Assembly: GCA_965201075.1 (NCBI GenBank)
Contig: CBDAVP010000017.1
Coordinates: 1 to 64,000 of the forward strand
Reading direction: 5' to 3'
DNA length: 64,000 nucleotides
Source of the DNA: Isosphaeraceae bacterium
GTDB taxonomy: Bacteria > Planctomycetota > Planctomycetia > Isosphaerales > Isosphaeraceae
In this document: in pieces, positions 1 through 10,008 of the stretch
How positions within the stretch are numbered: position 1 is the stretch's first letter
How the letters are laid out: each line of letters begins with the position of its first letter
Translations under genes and position numbers: made by a program
Notes under the pieces: model-generated
Seen by the model: the letters and a program-made list of their open reading frames with translations, nothing else
Database searches by the model: none
Told to the model about the DNA's origin: nothing

Positions 1-26
1 CGTCGCCGTTCCGCGAGGCTTCAGCG

Positions 27-1997
27 ATGTGCGGGATTGCCGGTCTCCTCGGGCGGGTCGAAGGCCCCAACCGCGACGCCCTGAACCGCATGGCCAACGC
101 CATGCGCCACCGGGGACCCGACGGCCAGGGCACCTGGATCAGCCGCCCCGACTCCCGAGGCCACGGCTGCCTCCTGGCCCACCGACGCCTTGCCATCCTT
201 GACCTCAGCAGCGTCGCCGACCAGCCGATGCTCGACCCCGAAACCGGCGACGCCCTGGTCTTCAACGGCGAAATCTACAACTTCCGTGCCCTCCGCGACC
301 GCCTCGACCCCCGTGGCCACTCCTTCCGCTCCACCGGCGACACCGAGGTCCTCCTCCGAGCCCTCACCGCCTGGGGCCCCGCCGCCGTCGACCACCTCCG
401 CGGCATGTTCGCCTTCGCCCACTGGGACCACTCCGCCCGCACCCTCACCCTTGCCCGAGACCCCCTCGGCATCAAGCCCCTCTACCTCGCCGCCAACCCC
501 GACACCTCGCCCGACGCCTCGTGGACCCTGGCCTTCGCCTCCGAGCTGCGTGCCCTGCTCGCCTCCGGCCTGCTCGGTCGACCCCGACTCGACCCCGACG
601 CCGTCGCCTCGGTCGTCTGGAACGGCTTCGTCCCGGGCCCCACCACCATCGTCCGAGGAATTCAGTCCCTCAGCCCCGCCGAGGTCCGCACCCTCGACAC
701 CCGAGGCCGAATCCGCTCCTCCGAAATCTCCTGGTCAATCCCCTCGACCGACCAGCGATCAAACGAAGACAGTAACCCCCTCGCCCACGACGTCGGCCTC
801 CGCGACGCTCTCGCCGAGTCCGTCCGCCTCCACCTCATCAGCGACGTGCCCCTGGGCGTCTTTCTCTCCGGGGGCATCGACTCCGGAGCCATCGCCAACC
901 TCGCACGCCGCTCCTCCCCCGGCCCCCTCTACACCTTCACCCTCGCCTTTGAGGACCCTACGCTCAACGAAGGCCCCGCCGCCCGCGAGATCGCCCACGC
1001 CCTCGGCTCCGAGCACCAAGAAGTCACCCTCACCGAGGGCCGCTTCCTCGACGACCTTCCCAACGCCCTGGCCACCCTCGACCAACCCACCTTCGACGGC
1101 CTGAACACCTACGTCATGGCCCGTTCGGTCCGCGAGGCGGGCCTCACCGTCGCCCTCGTCGGCACCGGCGGCGACGAACTCTTCGGCGGCTATCGTTCCT
1201 TCCGAGACCTCCCCCCCCTGCGCCACTGGGCCCGACGAACCCGCTGGCTCCCCGGCCCCGTCAAGGCCCGAGCCGCCCGAGCCGCCACCGCCCTCCTCCA
1301 GCCGCGCTCCGCCGCCGCCCTACGCCCCCAGACCCGCTGGTCCAAACTCGACGCGATGGTCAGCGCCGGGGACGACCTCCTCCACCTCTACCAGCTCGCC
1401 TACGCCCTGTTCCTCCCCGAAACCCAAAAAGACCTGCTCCTCAGCCCGCCCGACTCACCGTCGCTCATCGCCGGCCTCCCCCGGCCCCTGGCCGCCCGCC
1501 TCGCCGTCGAGGCCGAGGGCCGAAGCCCCTTGGAAGCCATCGCCGTCCTCGAACAGCGCTGCTTCCTCGGCGAACGACTGCTCAGGGACTCCGACGTCGC
1601 CGGAATGGCCGCCTCCATAGAAATGCGCCTCCCCCTGGTCGACCGAGTCCTCCTGGAACAGGTCTACCGCATCCCCACCCAAACACGCTTCCAACCCATC
1701 GGAACAAAATCTGCCCTGCGCCGAGCCGCCCTCGACGACCTCGACCCGGCCCTCTTCGACCGACCCAAGAGCGGCTTCGTCCTCCCCTTCGACACCTGGA
1801 TCCGCCGAGGACTCAGCCAGTCCGTGGGCGACCTCCTCCAGGACAACTCCGCATGCGCCGCCGTCGGCCTCCACGGGCCCACCGTCGCCAAACTCTGGAA
1901 CGCCTACCAATGCGGAGCCCCCGGCCTCTACTGGTCCCGGGTCTGGGCCCTCTACATCCTCATCCACTGGTGCCACACCCACGGCGTCCTGCTGTAA
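27..1997 (+). CDS. asnB: Asparagine synthase (glutamine-hydrolysing) family amidotransferase, probably polysaccharide-modifying
   Basis: N-terminal MCGIAG (Ntn Cys2), HRGPDG, HRRLAILDL, FNGEIYNF, ARDPLGIKPLY, LSGGIDS and GTGGDELFGGY motifs; next to a glycosyltransferase. Confidence 0.93.
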   Translation: MCGIAGLLGRVEGPNRDALNRMANAMRHRGPDGQGTWISRPDSRGHGCLLAHRRLAILDLSSVADQPMLDPETGDALVFNGEIYNFRALRDRLDPRGHSFRSTGDTEVLLRALTAWGPAAVDHLRGMFAFAHWDHSARTLTLARDPLGIKPLYLAANPDTSPDASWTLAFASELRALLASGLLGRPRLDPDAVASVVWNGFVPGPTTIVRGIQSLSPAEVRTLDTRGRIRSSEISWSIPSTDQRSNEDSNPLAHDVGLRDALAESVRLHLISDVPLGVFLSGGIDSGAIANLARRSSPGPLYTFTLAFEDPTLNEGPAAREIAHALGSEHQEVTLTEGRFLDDLPNALATLDQPTFDGLNTYVMARSVREAGLTVALVGTGGDELFGGYRSFRDLPPLRHWARRTRWLPGPVKARAARAATALLQPRSAAALRPQTRWSKLDAMVSAGDDLLHLYQLAYALFLPETQKDLLLSPPDSPSLIAGLPRPLAARLAVEAEGRSPLEAIAVLEQRCFLGERLLRDSDVAGMAASIEMRLPLVDRVLLEQVYRIPTQTRFQPIGTKSALRRAALDDLDPALFDRPKSGFVLPFDTWIRRGLSQSVGDLLQDNSACAAVGLHGPTVAKLWNAYQCGAPGLYWSRVWALYILIHWCHTHGVLL

Positions 1998-2203
1998 AAA
2001 GGGGTCATTCTACTTTTCTTGCGCAGTCCGAAAGGCAAAAAGGGGTCATTCTACTTTTCCTCCTCACGCCTTCCCGACCGCTACGAAACCCTTTTCCTAA
2101 GCAGCCTTGAGCCTCGGAAAGGCAAAAAGGGGTCATTCTACTTTTCCTCCTCACGCCTTCCCGACCGCTACGAAACCCTTTTCCTAAGCAGCCTTGAGCC
2201 TCG
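1996..2203. repeat. 23-bp motif AAAAAGGGGTCATTCTACTTTTC x3 (1996, 2037, 2124); exact 87-bp tandem duplication 2030-2116 / 2117-2203
   Basis: Read directly from the sequence. Confidence 0.95.
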
Positions 2204-2308
2204 CGCCGGCTCGCTGGGGGCCTTGTCTTCGACAACAAGGTCCGCGCGACTCCCCCCCAGCCCTCGCCTCCGAGCCATCAAGCCCCATCCCGAATCGCCA
2301 GGCCCACC

Positions 2309-3616
2309 ATGACCGCCCTCCTCACCAAAACGACGACCCACCGCCCGACTCCACCTCCGCCCCCCCCCACCGCGCAAACCCCGATCGCCTACCTCATCAA
2401 CCAATATCCGCAACCCAGCCACACGTTCATCCGCCGGGAAATCGCCGCCCTCGAAGCCATCGGCCTGACCGTCGAGCGCTTCACGCTCCGCCCGAACACG
2501 ACCCCCCTTCCCGACCCCGCCGACGAGTCCGAGCGTCAACGCACCCACGCCATCCTCGACGCCGGCCCCCTCAAACTCCTTGCCTCACTCCTCACCACCG
2601 CCGCTACCCGACCGCTCGCCTTCCTCCGTGCGGCCCGCCAGGCCCTGCGCCTCGGCCTCCGCTCCGACCGCGGCCTGCCGATCCACGCCATCTACCTCGC
2701 CGAAGCCTGCCTGCTGCGAATCAAGCTCGCCACCCGAAAAGTCCGCCACCTGCACGCCCACTTCGGCACCAACGCCACCACGGTCGCGCTGCTTTGCCAG
2801 ACTCTCGGCGGGCCCCCCTTCAGCTTCACCGCCCACGGCCCCGAGGAATTTGACGCCCCCCTCGGCCTTGCCCTCAACGAAAAGGTCCGAGGCGCCGCCT
2901 TCGTCATCGCCGTCAGCGACTTCGGCCGCAGTCAGCTCTGCCGATGGGCCGACTTTGCCGACTGGCCCAAGATCCACGTCATCCGCTGCGGGGTCGACGC
3001 CAACTTCCTTACCCCGGAGCCCACCCCCGTCCCTGAAACCTCGAAACTCGTCTGCGTCGGCCGCCTCTCCGAGCAAAAAGGCCAGCTCAACCTGATCCAC
3101 GCCGCCGCCATCCTCCGAGACCAAAACATCCCCTTCCACCTGAACCTCATCGGTGACGGACCACTCCGTCCCATCCTGGAACAAGCCATCACGAATTTAC
3201 GTCTGGAATCCCGCACCACACTCAAGGGAACCCTCCCCGGCCCCACCATCCGTCAGGAAATCCTCGAATCCCGGGCCTTCGTCCTCCCCAGCTTCGCCGA
3301 AGGGCTCCCCGTGGCGATCATGGAGGCCCTCGCCCTCGGCCGCCCGGTCCTGAGCACCTACGTTGCCGGAATCCCCGAACTCGTCGAACCCCACCAAAGC
3401 GGCTGGCTCGTCCCCGCCGGCTCCGTCCCCGCCCTCGCCGAAGCCCTGGCCACCCTCCTCAAAACACCCACGAACATTCTCACGCGAATGGGCCAACACG
3501 GAGCCAACCAGGTCGCCAACCGCCACGACGCCCAGACCGAAGCCACCAAGCTCGCAAATCTGATCCAACCCAATCCAACCGTTCGGGCGACTTCACCGGC
3601 TTTGCCTGTTGATTGA
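2309..3616 (+). CDS. GT4 family glycosyltransferase (WcaL-like)
   Basis: YLINQYP..SHTFIRREI, HLHAHFG, GRLSEQKG, LPSFAEGLPVAIMEA (EX7E) motifs. Confidence 0.92.
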   Translation: MTALLTKTTTHRPTPPPPPPTAQTPIAYLINQYPQPSHTFIRREIAALEAIGLTVERFTLRPNTTPLPDPADESERQRTHAILDAGPLKLLASLLTTAATRPLAFLRAARQALRLGLRSDRGLPIHAIYLAEACLLRIKLATRKVRHLHAHFGTNATTVALLCQTLGGPPFSFTAHGPEEFDAPLGLALNEKVRGAAFVIAVSDFGRSQLCRWADFADWPKIHVIRCGVDANFLTPEPTPVPETSKLVCVGRLSEQKGQLNLIHAAAILRDQNIPFHLNLIGDGPLRPILEQAITNLRLESRTTLKGTLPGPTIRQEILESRAFVLPSFAEGLPVAIMEALALGRPVLSTYVAGIPELVEPHQSGWLVPAGSVPALAEALATLLKTPTNILTRMGQHGANQVANRHDAQTEATKLANLIQPNPTVRATSPALPVD

Positions 3617-3755
3617 CTTCTGCCGGTTTGTCGTCCAGCCTCCCCAGAAATCCTGGGCAAGTCGCTTCTCACTCGAAGTCTATCCCGCCACTCCCACCAT
3701 CATCCGCCGCACCGTGAACCGTGGCCGGGCGTGGCGCATGGGCGGGGGGCTTCGG

Positions 3756-4139
3756 CTACTTGGGCTCGGGCGGGTCGGGCGTGACGGACAACCAGGGGTG
3801 ATCGTGGGCGTACCGATACTTTTGTATCATCATTCGATGGTATTTGAATTGTTTCTCTCGCATTTGCAACGCAAGTTTACGCACATCCTGCTCGCGTTTG
3901 TATGCCTCCTGCTTGCGTCGGATCGAATCCAATTCCATGTCACCCAAAGGTTCCGGGAGGCCGACGTCCAGAGTGTCCACGAGCTTGTGAATTTAGATCT
4001 CGTGTTCTCGCGTAATTCTAGCAAAGGATTCGGCTCGTCCATGTATGCCCTTGATCACTCCCAACCCCACCGCCACGACGGCCATGACAATCATCAGCCG
4101 GCGGATAGTGAGGCGGGGACGGAACAATCGCATTGGCAT
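3756..4139 (-). pseudogene. Small planctomycete-type membrane-anchored protein interrupted by an in-frame TAA (3995-3993)
   Basis: AGGAGG RBS then MPMRLFRPRLTIRRLMIVMAVVAV; frame continues past the stop (REHEI*IHKLVDTL) to the C-terminal HPWLSVTPDPPEPK typical of such proteins. Confidence 0.7.
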
Positions 4140-4640
4140 GGCTCCCTCCTTGAACCGATCAGCATAACGGGCCGATCGGCAAGCGACAACTCCGGACCCC
4201 AAGGTCGTCCCAGCCGGCTCGCGAAGGTCCAGGCGTCGCCGGACCCTCAAGGAAAAGACCGGCCTGATGTCACTCGGCCCCGGCCGGCGGGCGCTCCCGC
4301 CGCTTCGGACGCTCCCAAACCGCCCCCGCTCGTTCCCTCGATCCCGCGGGGGGTACGTCTCCCCGACCGCTCCGCGCCCCGTCCCCACAACTCAAAATCC
4401 TCCCTCGCGACCCCTGCGAAACAAATCGCAAAAGTCCCGTTCGTCCCCGACCCCAGTCACGATGTTGAGTCAGCAAGGCAACCGAATCCCCTGCCCCACG
4501 ACCCGACCATCATCCCCCTCGCCGACCGAAACGTCCGCATCCCGGCGCCACGGCCCGGTTCCACATCCTAGACTCCCCAGAGCAGCCGACGCGCCGGGCG
4601 CGTCGATCGATCCGTCCCTCCGCGCGCTGGGCATCCGACC

Positions 4641-5525
4641 ATGCCGCCCAAGAGGCCCCAACGTCCCTTCCAGCCTCGGTTCGAGCCGATCGAACGCCGA
4701 GACGTGCCGACCATCGGACTGGCCACCCATGCCGCGGCGGTCGCGACCCCGGCCCACCACGCACATGTCAGCGCGGCGGTCGCGACCCCAGCCCATCGGA
4801 CACACATCGTCGCGGCGGTCGCGCCCGCGGTCCATCAGGCACACGTCATTTCGGCGGCCGCGCCCGCGGTCCATCAGGCCCACGTCGCCACGGCGGTTGC
4901 CTCGCCGAATCATCAGGCCCACGTCGACACGGCGATCACGATCGTCGACCCCTTCGAGTCGCTGGCGATCCGCGATCAGGCCGACCTGCATCCCGGCAAC
5001 ATCCTGGTCACGACCGGGGAGGGGCGTGTCTCGAAGGCGATCCGGGACGTGACACTCTCCGAGTACAGCCACGCGGCCCTCTACGTCGGCGGCGGCAAGA
5101 TCATCGACGCGACCGGGGAAGGAGTTCGGGAACGCAGCCTCCCCGCCCTGACCCTGCCGTCGACGCGAGTCGGCATCATCCGGGCCGACGGCCTGACCGA
5201 AGCGCAGACCGATCGGGTCGTGGGCACCGCTCACAAGCTCGTCGGCAAGCCGTACAACTACCTGGGCCTGATCGTGGGAGCTGTCAAGGAACTCCACCTG
5301 ATCGTCCGCCTCTACCGCCTCGCCACCGGCGAGCCGTTCAAGGCGACTGGCTCGGTCCTGGGCCTGGGCTACTTCTGCTCGGAGCTGGTCATCAAGGCGT
5401 TCCACACGGCCGGAGTGACAATCGCGCCGGAGTCCGGAGACACCCCGCAAGGGATCATCAGTTACGCGACGGGCCACCCCACGCGATTCGAACTCGTCGG
5501 CCGACTGCCGGCGGGCAGGGCTTGA
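4641..5525 (+). CDS. Permuted papain-like NlpC/P60 (YiiX/YebB-like) hydrolase with LEPRxLL-like N-terminus and Ala/His-rich repeats
   Basis: FEPIERRDVP N-terminal motif; PGNILVT, YSHAALYVG (His), GKPYNY and FCSELV (Cys) in permuted order. Confidence 0.82.
   Translation: MPPKRPQRPFQPRFEPIERRDVPTIGLATHAAAVATPAHHAHVSAAVATPAHRTHIVAAVAPAVHQAHVISAAAPAVHQAHVATAVASPNHQAHVDTAITIVDPFESLAIRDQADLHPGNILVTTGEGRVSKAIRDVTLSEYSHAALYVGGGKIIDATGEGVRERSLPALTLPSTRVGIIRADGLTEAQTDRVVGTAHKLVGKPYNYLGLIVGAVKELHLIVRLYRLATGEPFKATGSVLGLGYFCSELVIKAFHTAGVTIAPESGDTPQGIISYATGHPTRFELVGRLPAGRA
4731..4925 (+). repeat. Five imperfect 39-bp (13-aa) coding repeats, xAAV(A)xPxHQAHV-like
   Basis: AAAVATPAHHAHV / SAAVATPAHRTHI / VAAVAPAVHQAHV / ISAAAPAVHQAHV / ATAVASPNHQAHV. 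Confidence 0.85.
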
Positions 5526-5702
5526 GCCGCGTCGCGGAATCCGAGGGAGTCAGGGGCGGCCTCCCTCCCCGCGAGCGCCTCGATTGAACTGCCCCGCCTC
5601 GTCGGGCAGGAGGCCACGAGGCCGCCCCGCTCGGTGGCCAAGGCAAGCCCCGCTCTCTCTCCACGCGAGCGTCCGGAGCACCCCCGGGAACCGGCATCCG
5701 TC

Positions 5703-5795
5703 GCGGAGGAAAACGGGGACTGATTCTCGCGACCGAAAATCTCGGCCAAAACACCAGACAATCGCTCGCGAGTGACTGTCCCCCTATTCCTCCGC
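5703..5795. repeat. Imperfect 30-bp inverted repeat (REP/MITE-like)
   Basis: GCGGAGGAAAACGGGGACTGATTCTCGCGA (5703-5732) versus TCGCGAGTGACTGTCCCCCTATTCCTCCGC (5766-5795), 33-nt spacer. Confidence 0.7.
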
Positions 5796-6109
5796 CGCGA
5801 CATGTCCCCCAACGCCGCGAGGAAACTCGCTCTAACCGCGAAAGCCAGTCCCCCGTTTCCTCCAGGATTGAGCAGAATCACCAAATCGCAAGGGACGATC
5901 CCCCAGGCCCGAAAACCTTACCAACCCCCCGCCAGTCACTCCCCAAAACCAATCGAACCTCGTTGCCCATCCCAACCCTCGCGACCCCCTCGGCAAAAAT
6001 CGCGAAAAAATCCAAATTTGCCCGTCACCATTCGCGACCTCGGTCACGATAGTAACCCTTGAGGGAACTCCACACCCCACCAAAGCCAAGCACCAAAGAG
6101 CCAACTCCC

Positions 6110-7111
6110 ATGTCGCAACCCCAAAATCAGTCCGATGTTCACACGACTCCACGCCCCCTCCTCCACGGCCTCACCATCATCACCCCCGAAAACGAGGCCG
6201 ACGCCCTCAACGACCGAATCGACTTCTGGACCTCCTCCCTCAAACCCTTCGACATCTACGAAACCTGGCTCGTTCACGAAGTCGCCCGCAACACATTGGA
6301 AATCGAACGTCTCCACCAAACCCAGATCGTCCTGAGGCACGACCACGCCCAGCGCATCGCTATCGTCTTTGAACAACAACAACGAGACCACGCCGAACTT
6401 CTCGCCTCCGGCCTTTCTCGACATCCAGCACGCGCCCTGGCCTCTCTCCGCAAATTCGCCCAGGGTTGCCTGGTCATCGCCCGTCGCTGGGAATGGCTCC
6501 TGGCAACCCTCAATAAGCGCGGAAGCTGGACCGAGTCCCAACGCCAACAGGCCATGAACCTCCTCAACGTCCCACCCGACCTCCGAGACGGCGTAACGCC
6601 CCTCGATCCGCCCGATGACGACCCCGAAACCCTCCGGGAACACCTCCAAAGGGTGGCCGAAACCGAGCTTCAGCGCCACAAGGAACTCGCCGCCCTCCTG
6701 CAACCGCTCGACGAACGGATGAAGCACGCGCAATCCCTAGGCCTCGGCCCCGAGCCGCCCGAAGTCGCCGCCATCCGCAAGGTCCAGCGACAGGCCGAGC
6801 GACGCCTCGCCTGGACCCGCTCCCAGTTCAAGACGTCACGCCCCGACCCCCGCCCGGTCGACCGAAACGAGCTACCCGCATACATCCCCGGCGAATGGAA
6901 GAACAACATTCCGTACCAACCCAACCGAACCAGTTCGGCCGAACCGCCGACGCCCCACGAATCCAATCCCTCGGTCGTGGCTGCGTCGGCCTCCTGGTCC
7001 ACGCCCCACTCCTCGCCGGTCGGTCCGGCCCTGAACGACCCCCCCAACCCGAAACCCCAGGTCCCCGACCCCACCCCATCCCGCTCCAAGCACCGACGAC
7101 GCCGCGCCTGA
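6110..7111 (+). CDS. Hypothetical helical protein (planctomycete-type) with Pro-rich, basic C-terminus
   Basis: Long ORF with natural composition; HGLT...W...LKP....E..LV..VA pattern; ATG at 6110. Confidence 0.7.
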   Translation: MSQPQNQSDVHTTPRPLLHGLTIITPENEADALNDRIDFWTSSLKPFDIYETWLVHEVARNTLEIERLHQTQIVLRHDHAQRIAIVFEQQQRDHAELLASGLSRHPARALASLRKFAQGCLVIARRWEWLLATLNKRGSWTESQRQQAMNLLNVPPDLRDGVTPLDPPDDDPETLREHLQRVAETELQRHKELAALLQPLDERMKHAQSLGLGPEPPEVAAIRKVQRQAERRLAWTRSQFKTSRPDPRPVDRNELPAYIPGEWKNNIPYQPNRTSSAEPPTPHESNPSVVAASASWSTPHSSPVGPALNDPPNPKPQVPDPTPSRSKHRRRRA

Positions 7112-7260
7112 CCCCTCGACCGCTCTTTCTCAATCCGGCCCGATTTCCCGCGGACCTTCCCGCCGAGGCGCCTCCACGCCCAGGGCCAACCCGCCGACTC
7201 GCAAAATCCCCAGTCCTTCCGTAAGATGGATGGAGCTCACGACATCGCCCCGACGGACGG

Positions 7261-9816
7261 ATGGACAACCCGACCGGACGACGGCCAGTGGGCGGGTTTG
7301 GGGGAGAAGGTCTCACCGACCAACCAACCGGAGGGCCCGCGATGCCCGTCCGCGGGGTGTCCCAGAATCCCGGAGCGTCCCCCCCCGGAGTCGGCGACCC
7401 CTCCGACTTCTCGACTCTCGACCCAGCCCTGGAAAAGCTGATCGAAACCGCCGCTCGAAGCCTCCAGGCGGGCGATCCCCCCGACGTCGACCAGCTCGCC
7501 GCCGATCACCCCGCCTGGGCCGACACGATCCGCCAGGCCCTCGCCGCGATGGCCGAACTCGCCGGCCTCGGTCTCGACCTCGCTCGAACCCACTCCGATC
7601 CCCTGGATCGTCGCGACTTCGGTGACTTCCGAATCCTCCGAGAGATTGACCGCGGCGGCATGGGCGTCGTGTACGAGGCCGAACAACTCTCCCTCCGCCG
7701 CCGGGTCGCCCTCAAAATCCTTCCCCTGGCCGCCGCTCTCGACGACCGCGCCTTGCGACGATTCCAGCTGGAAGCCCAGGTCGCCGGCCTCCTCCAGCAC
7801 CCCCGAATCGTCCCGGTCCACGCCGTCGGCTCGGTCGACCAGATCCCCTTCTTCGCCATGCAGTTCATCGAAGGGTGCAACCTCGCCGCCCTGATCGCCG
7901 ACCTTCTCGCCCGATCCTCCGGAGTCGCCGTCGAGTTCCAGGGCGGCAATGGCGCCGACCAGGCCGGCGGTCCCGGTCCCCACTCCGGGAGCCTCACCGG
8001 CAGCGGCGACCTCGCGGCCGGGCTCCTCTCGGGACGGTTCGCCATCCCCCGAGGCGATTCCGCCGCCGAAGTCCTCACCTCCCACCCGACCGCCGCCGAA
8101 GACCCCGACCCTGCCGAGGGCCCCCCTCCCATCCGGGGCCGGTCCTACGTCTGGGGTGTCGCTCGATTGGGCCTCCAGGCCGCCGAGGCGCTCGCCTATG
8201 CCCACGAACAGGGCGTGATCCATCGAGACGTCAAGCCCGCCAACCTCCTGATGGACCGCCGAGGCAACCTCTGGGTCGCCGACTTCGGCATGGCCGATGT
8301 CTCCGGAGATCCCGGCCTCACCCGCACCGGCGACCTTCCCGGCACCCTCCGCTACATGAGTCCCGAGCAGGCCACCGGCACCCGAGCCCTGGTCGACCGC
8401 CGCACCGACGTCTACGGCCTGGGCGCCACCCTCTATGAGCTACTGACCCTCCGCCCCGCCGTCCCCGGCCTCCACCAGCACGAGGTTCTCCGCCGTATCC
8501 TCGATGCCGAGCCCACGCCCCTGCGCAAGCTCAACCCCGGAGTCCCGAGAGACCTCGCCACCATCGTCGCCAAGGCCCTGGCCAAGGACCCCGCCCGCCG
8601 CTACGAAACGGCCCTGGCGATGGCCGAGGACCTCAGCCGCTTCCTCGACGGTCGACCCGTGAAGGCCCGCCCCACCGGACCCATCGTCAAGTCCTGGCGA
8701 TGGTGCCGTCGCAAGCCAGCCATCGCCGGACTCGCCGCCTCGCTGGTCCTCGCCCTCGTCGCCGGGGTCGCCGGAATCACCTGGAGCTGGCGAGACGCCG
8801 TCCACCAGCGGCAGGCCGCCCGCATCCAGGCCGCCCGCGCCGACGCGGTCAACGGCTTCCTCATCGACAAGCTCCTCCTCCAGGCCAATCCCGAGCTCAC
8901 CCGCTCCGGGGTCCCCGTCACCCTCGCCCAGGTTCTCGACCACGGGGCCGCCGAGCTCGCCGCATCCTTCCGCGACCAGCCCGAGACCGAGGCCAGCGTC
9001 CGCGTCGCCATCAGCCAGGCGTATCACGGGATCGGCAAGTACACCCAGGCCGCGGACCACGCCCGAGCCGCCTACCAGCTTCTCGACGCCAGGCCCGTCA
9101 GCAAGCCAGCCGACCGCATCCGCGCCCTGGCCGAGTGGGGCCACGAACTCGACCATCTCAACCGGTTCGACGAGGCCGAACCCCTCCTCAGGACCGCCTA
9201 CAGCCAGTCCCGCGCCCTCCTTGGCGACCACCACGTGGTCACGGCCGTCTCGGCCGAATACCTCGGCTTCCTCTGCGAGAACCGCCAGGATTTCGCCCAG
9301 GCCGAGGCCTACCTCCGGCGTGCCCTGGACGCCTCTCGAATCGTCCGGGGCCTGGACCAGCCCGCCACGCTCGACCTCATCAACAGCATCGCCTGGGTCG
9401 TCAACAAGCAGGGTCGCCACGCCGAGGCCGAAGTCCTCCACCGCCAGGCCCTCGCCGTCGATCTCAAGAGTCAGGTCAGCCGCAACCCCTGGGTCCTGGG
9501 CAACCTCGGCCAGGCTGTCCAGGCTCAAGGGCGACTGGAGGAGGCCGAGTCCCTCATCCGCCGAGGGTACCAAGCCTGCAAGGAAATCCTCGGTCCCAAC
9601 CATTCCAATACACTTGCCACTCAAAGCAAGCTCGGCGAGATCCTCGCCCAACGCGGCCAGACCGAAGAGGCCGAACGAATCCTCAAATCTTGCCTGGAAA
9701 CCCAGCGACGGCTCCTGGGGCCCGGCAAGGAAGCCACCCTCCTGACCTCGCAACGCCTCGCCAATCTTCACAAAGACCGGCCCAGCCCGCCCCACGCCCT
9801 CATCCCCACTCCGTAG
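7261..9816 (+). CDS. Hanks-type Ser/Thr protein kinase with N-terminal helical domain, TM segment and C-terminal TPRs (start may be 7342)
   Basis: RGGMGVVY, VALK, HRDVKPAN, DFG, YMSPEQ, DVYGLGATLYE; TM IAGLAASLVLALVAGVAGITW; repeated 'EAE.L.R.A' TPRs. Confidence 0.95.
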   Translation: MDNPTGRRPVGGFGGEGLTDQPTGGPAMPVRGVSQNPGASPPGVGDPSDFSTLDPALEKLIETAARSLQAGDPPDVDQLAADHPAWADTIRQALAAMAELAGLGLDLARTHSDPLDRRDFGDFRILREIDRGGMGVVYEAEQLSLRRRVALKILPLAAALDDRALRRFQLEAQVAGLLQHPRIVPVHAVGSVDQIPFFAMQFIEGCNLAALIADLLARSSGVAVEFQGGNGADQAGGPGPHSGSLTGSGDLAAGLLSGRFAIPRGDSAAEVLTSHPTAAEDPDPAEGPPPIRGRSYVWGVARLGLQAAEALAYAHEQGVIHRDVKPANLLMDRRGNLWVADFGMADVSGDPGLTRTGDLPGTLRYMSPEQATGTRALVDRRTDVYGLGATLYELLTLRPAVPGLHQHEVLRRILDAEPTPLRKLNPGVPRDLATIVAKALAKDPARRYETALAMAEDLSRFLDGRPVKARPTGPIVKSWRWCRRKPAIAGLAASLVLALVAGVAGITWSWRDAVHQRQAARIQAARADAVNGFLIDKLLLQANPELTRSGVPVTLAQVLDHGAAELAASFRDQPETEASVRVAISQAYHGIGKYTQAADHARAAYQLLDARPVSKPADRIRALAEWGHELDHLNRFDEAEPLLRTAYSQSRALLGDHHVVTAVSAEYLGFLCENRQDFAQAEAYLRRALDASRIVRGLDQPATLDLINSIAWVVNKQGRHAEAEVLHRQALAVDLKSQVSRNPWVLGNLGQAVQAQGRLEEAESLIRRGYQACKEILGPNHSNTLATQSKLGEILAQRGQTEEAERILKSCLETQRRLLGPGKEATLLTSQRLANLHKDRPSPPHALIPTP

Positions 9817-10008
9817 CCCCGCCGATCGCCCAACAGTCCCCCAACCCGCCCCGCCAGCCGGAACGCAAGCCGGCCCGTCGGGCGGCGTGATCCCCCGAAG
9901 CGCAACCATCAAATCTGCAACGACTTGGGGAAAATCATGGCCAAACTGAATCCATTCCCGCGTGGATCGCGGCTTACCCAGCGGCAGGGAGACGCGAAGG
10001 AGCCAACA

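Noticed and set aside
1996..2203. Possible mini-CRISPR array (three 23-bp repeats)
   Set aside because: Spacers are unequal (18 and 64 nt), the sequence after copies 2 and 3 is identical (a tandem duplication), and there are no cas genes in the window
3609..4571. 320-aa plus-strand ORF
   Set aside because: No motifs; overlaps the better-supported minus-strand gene with an RBS at 4139
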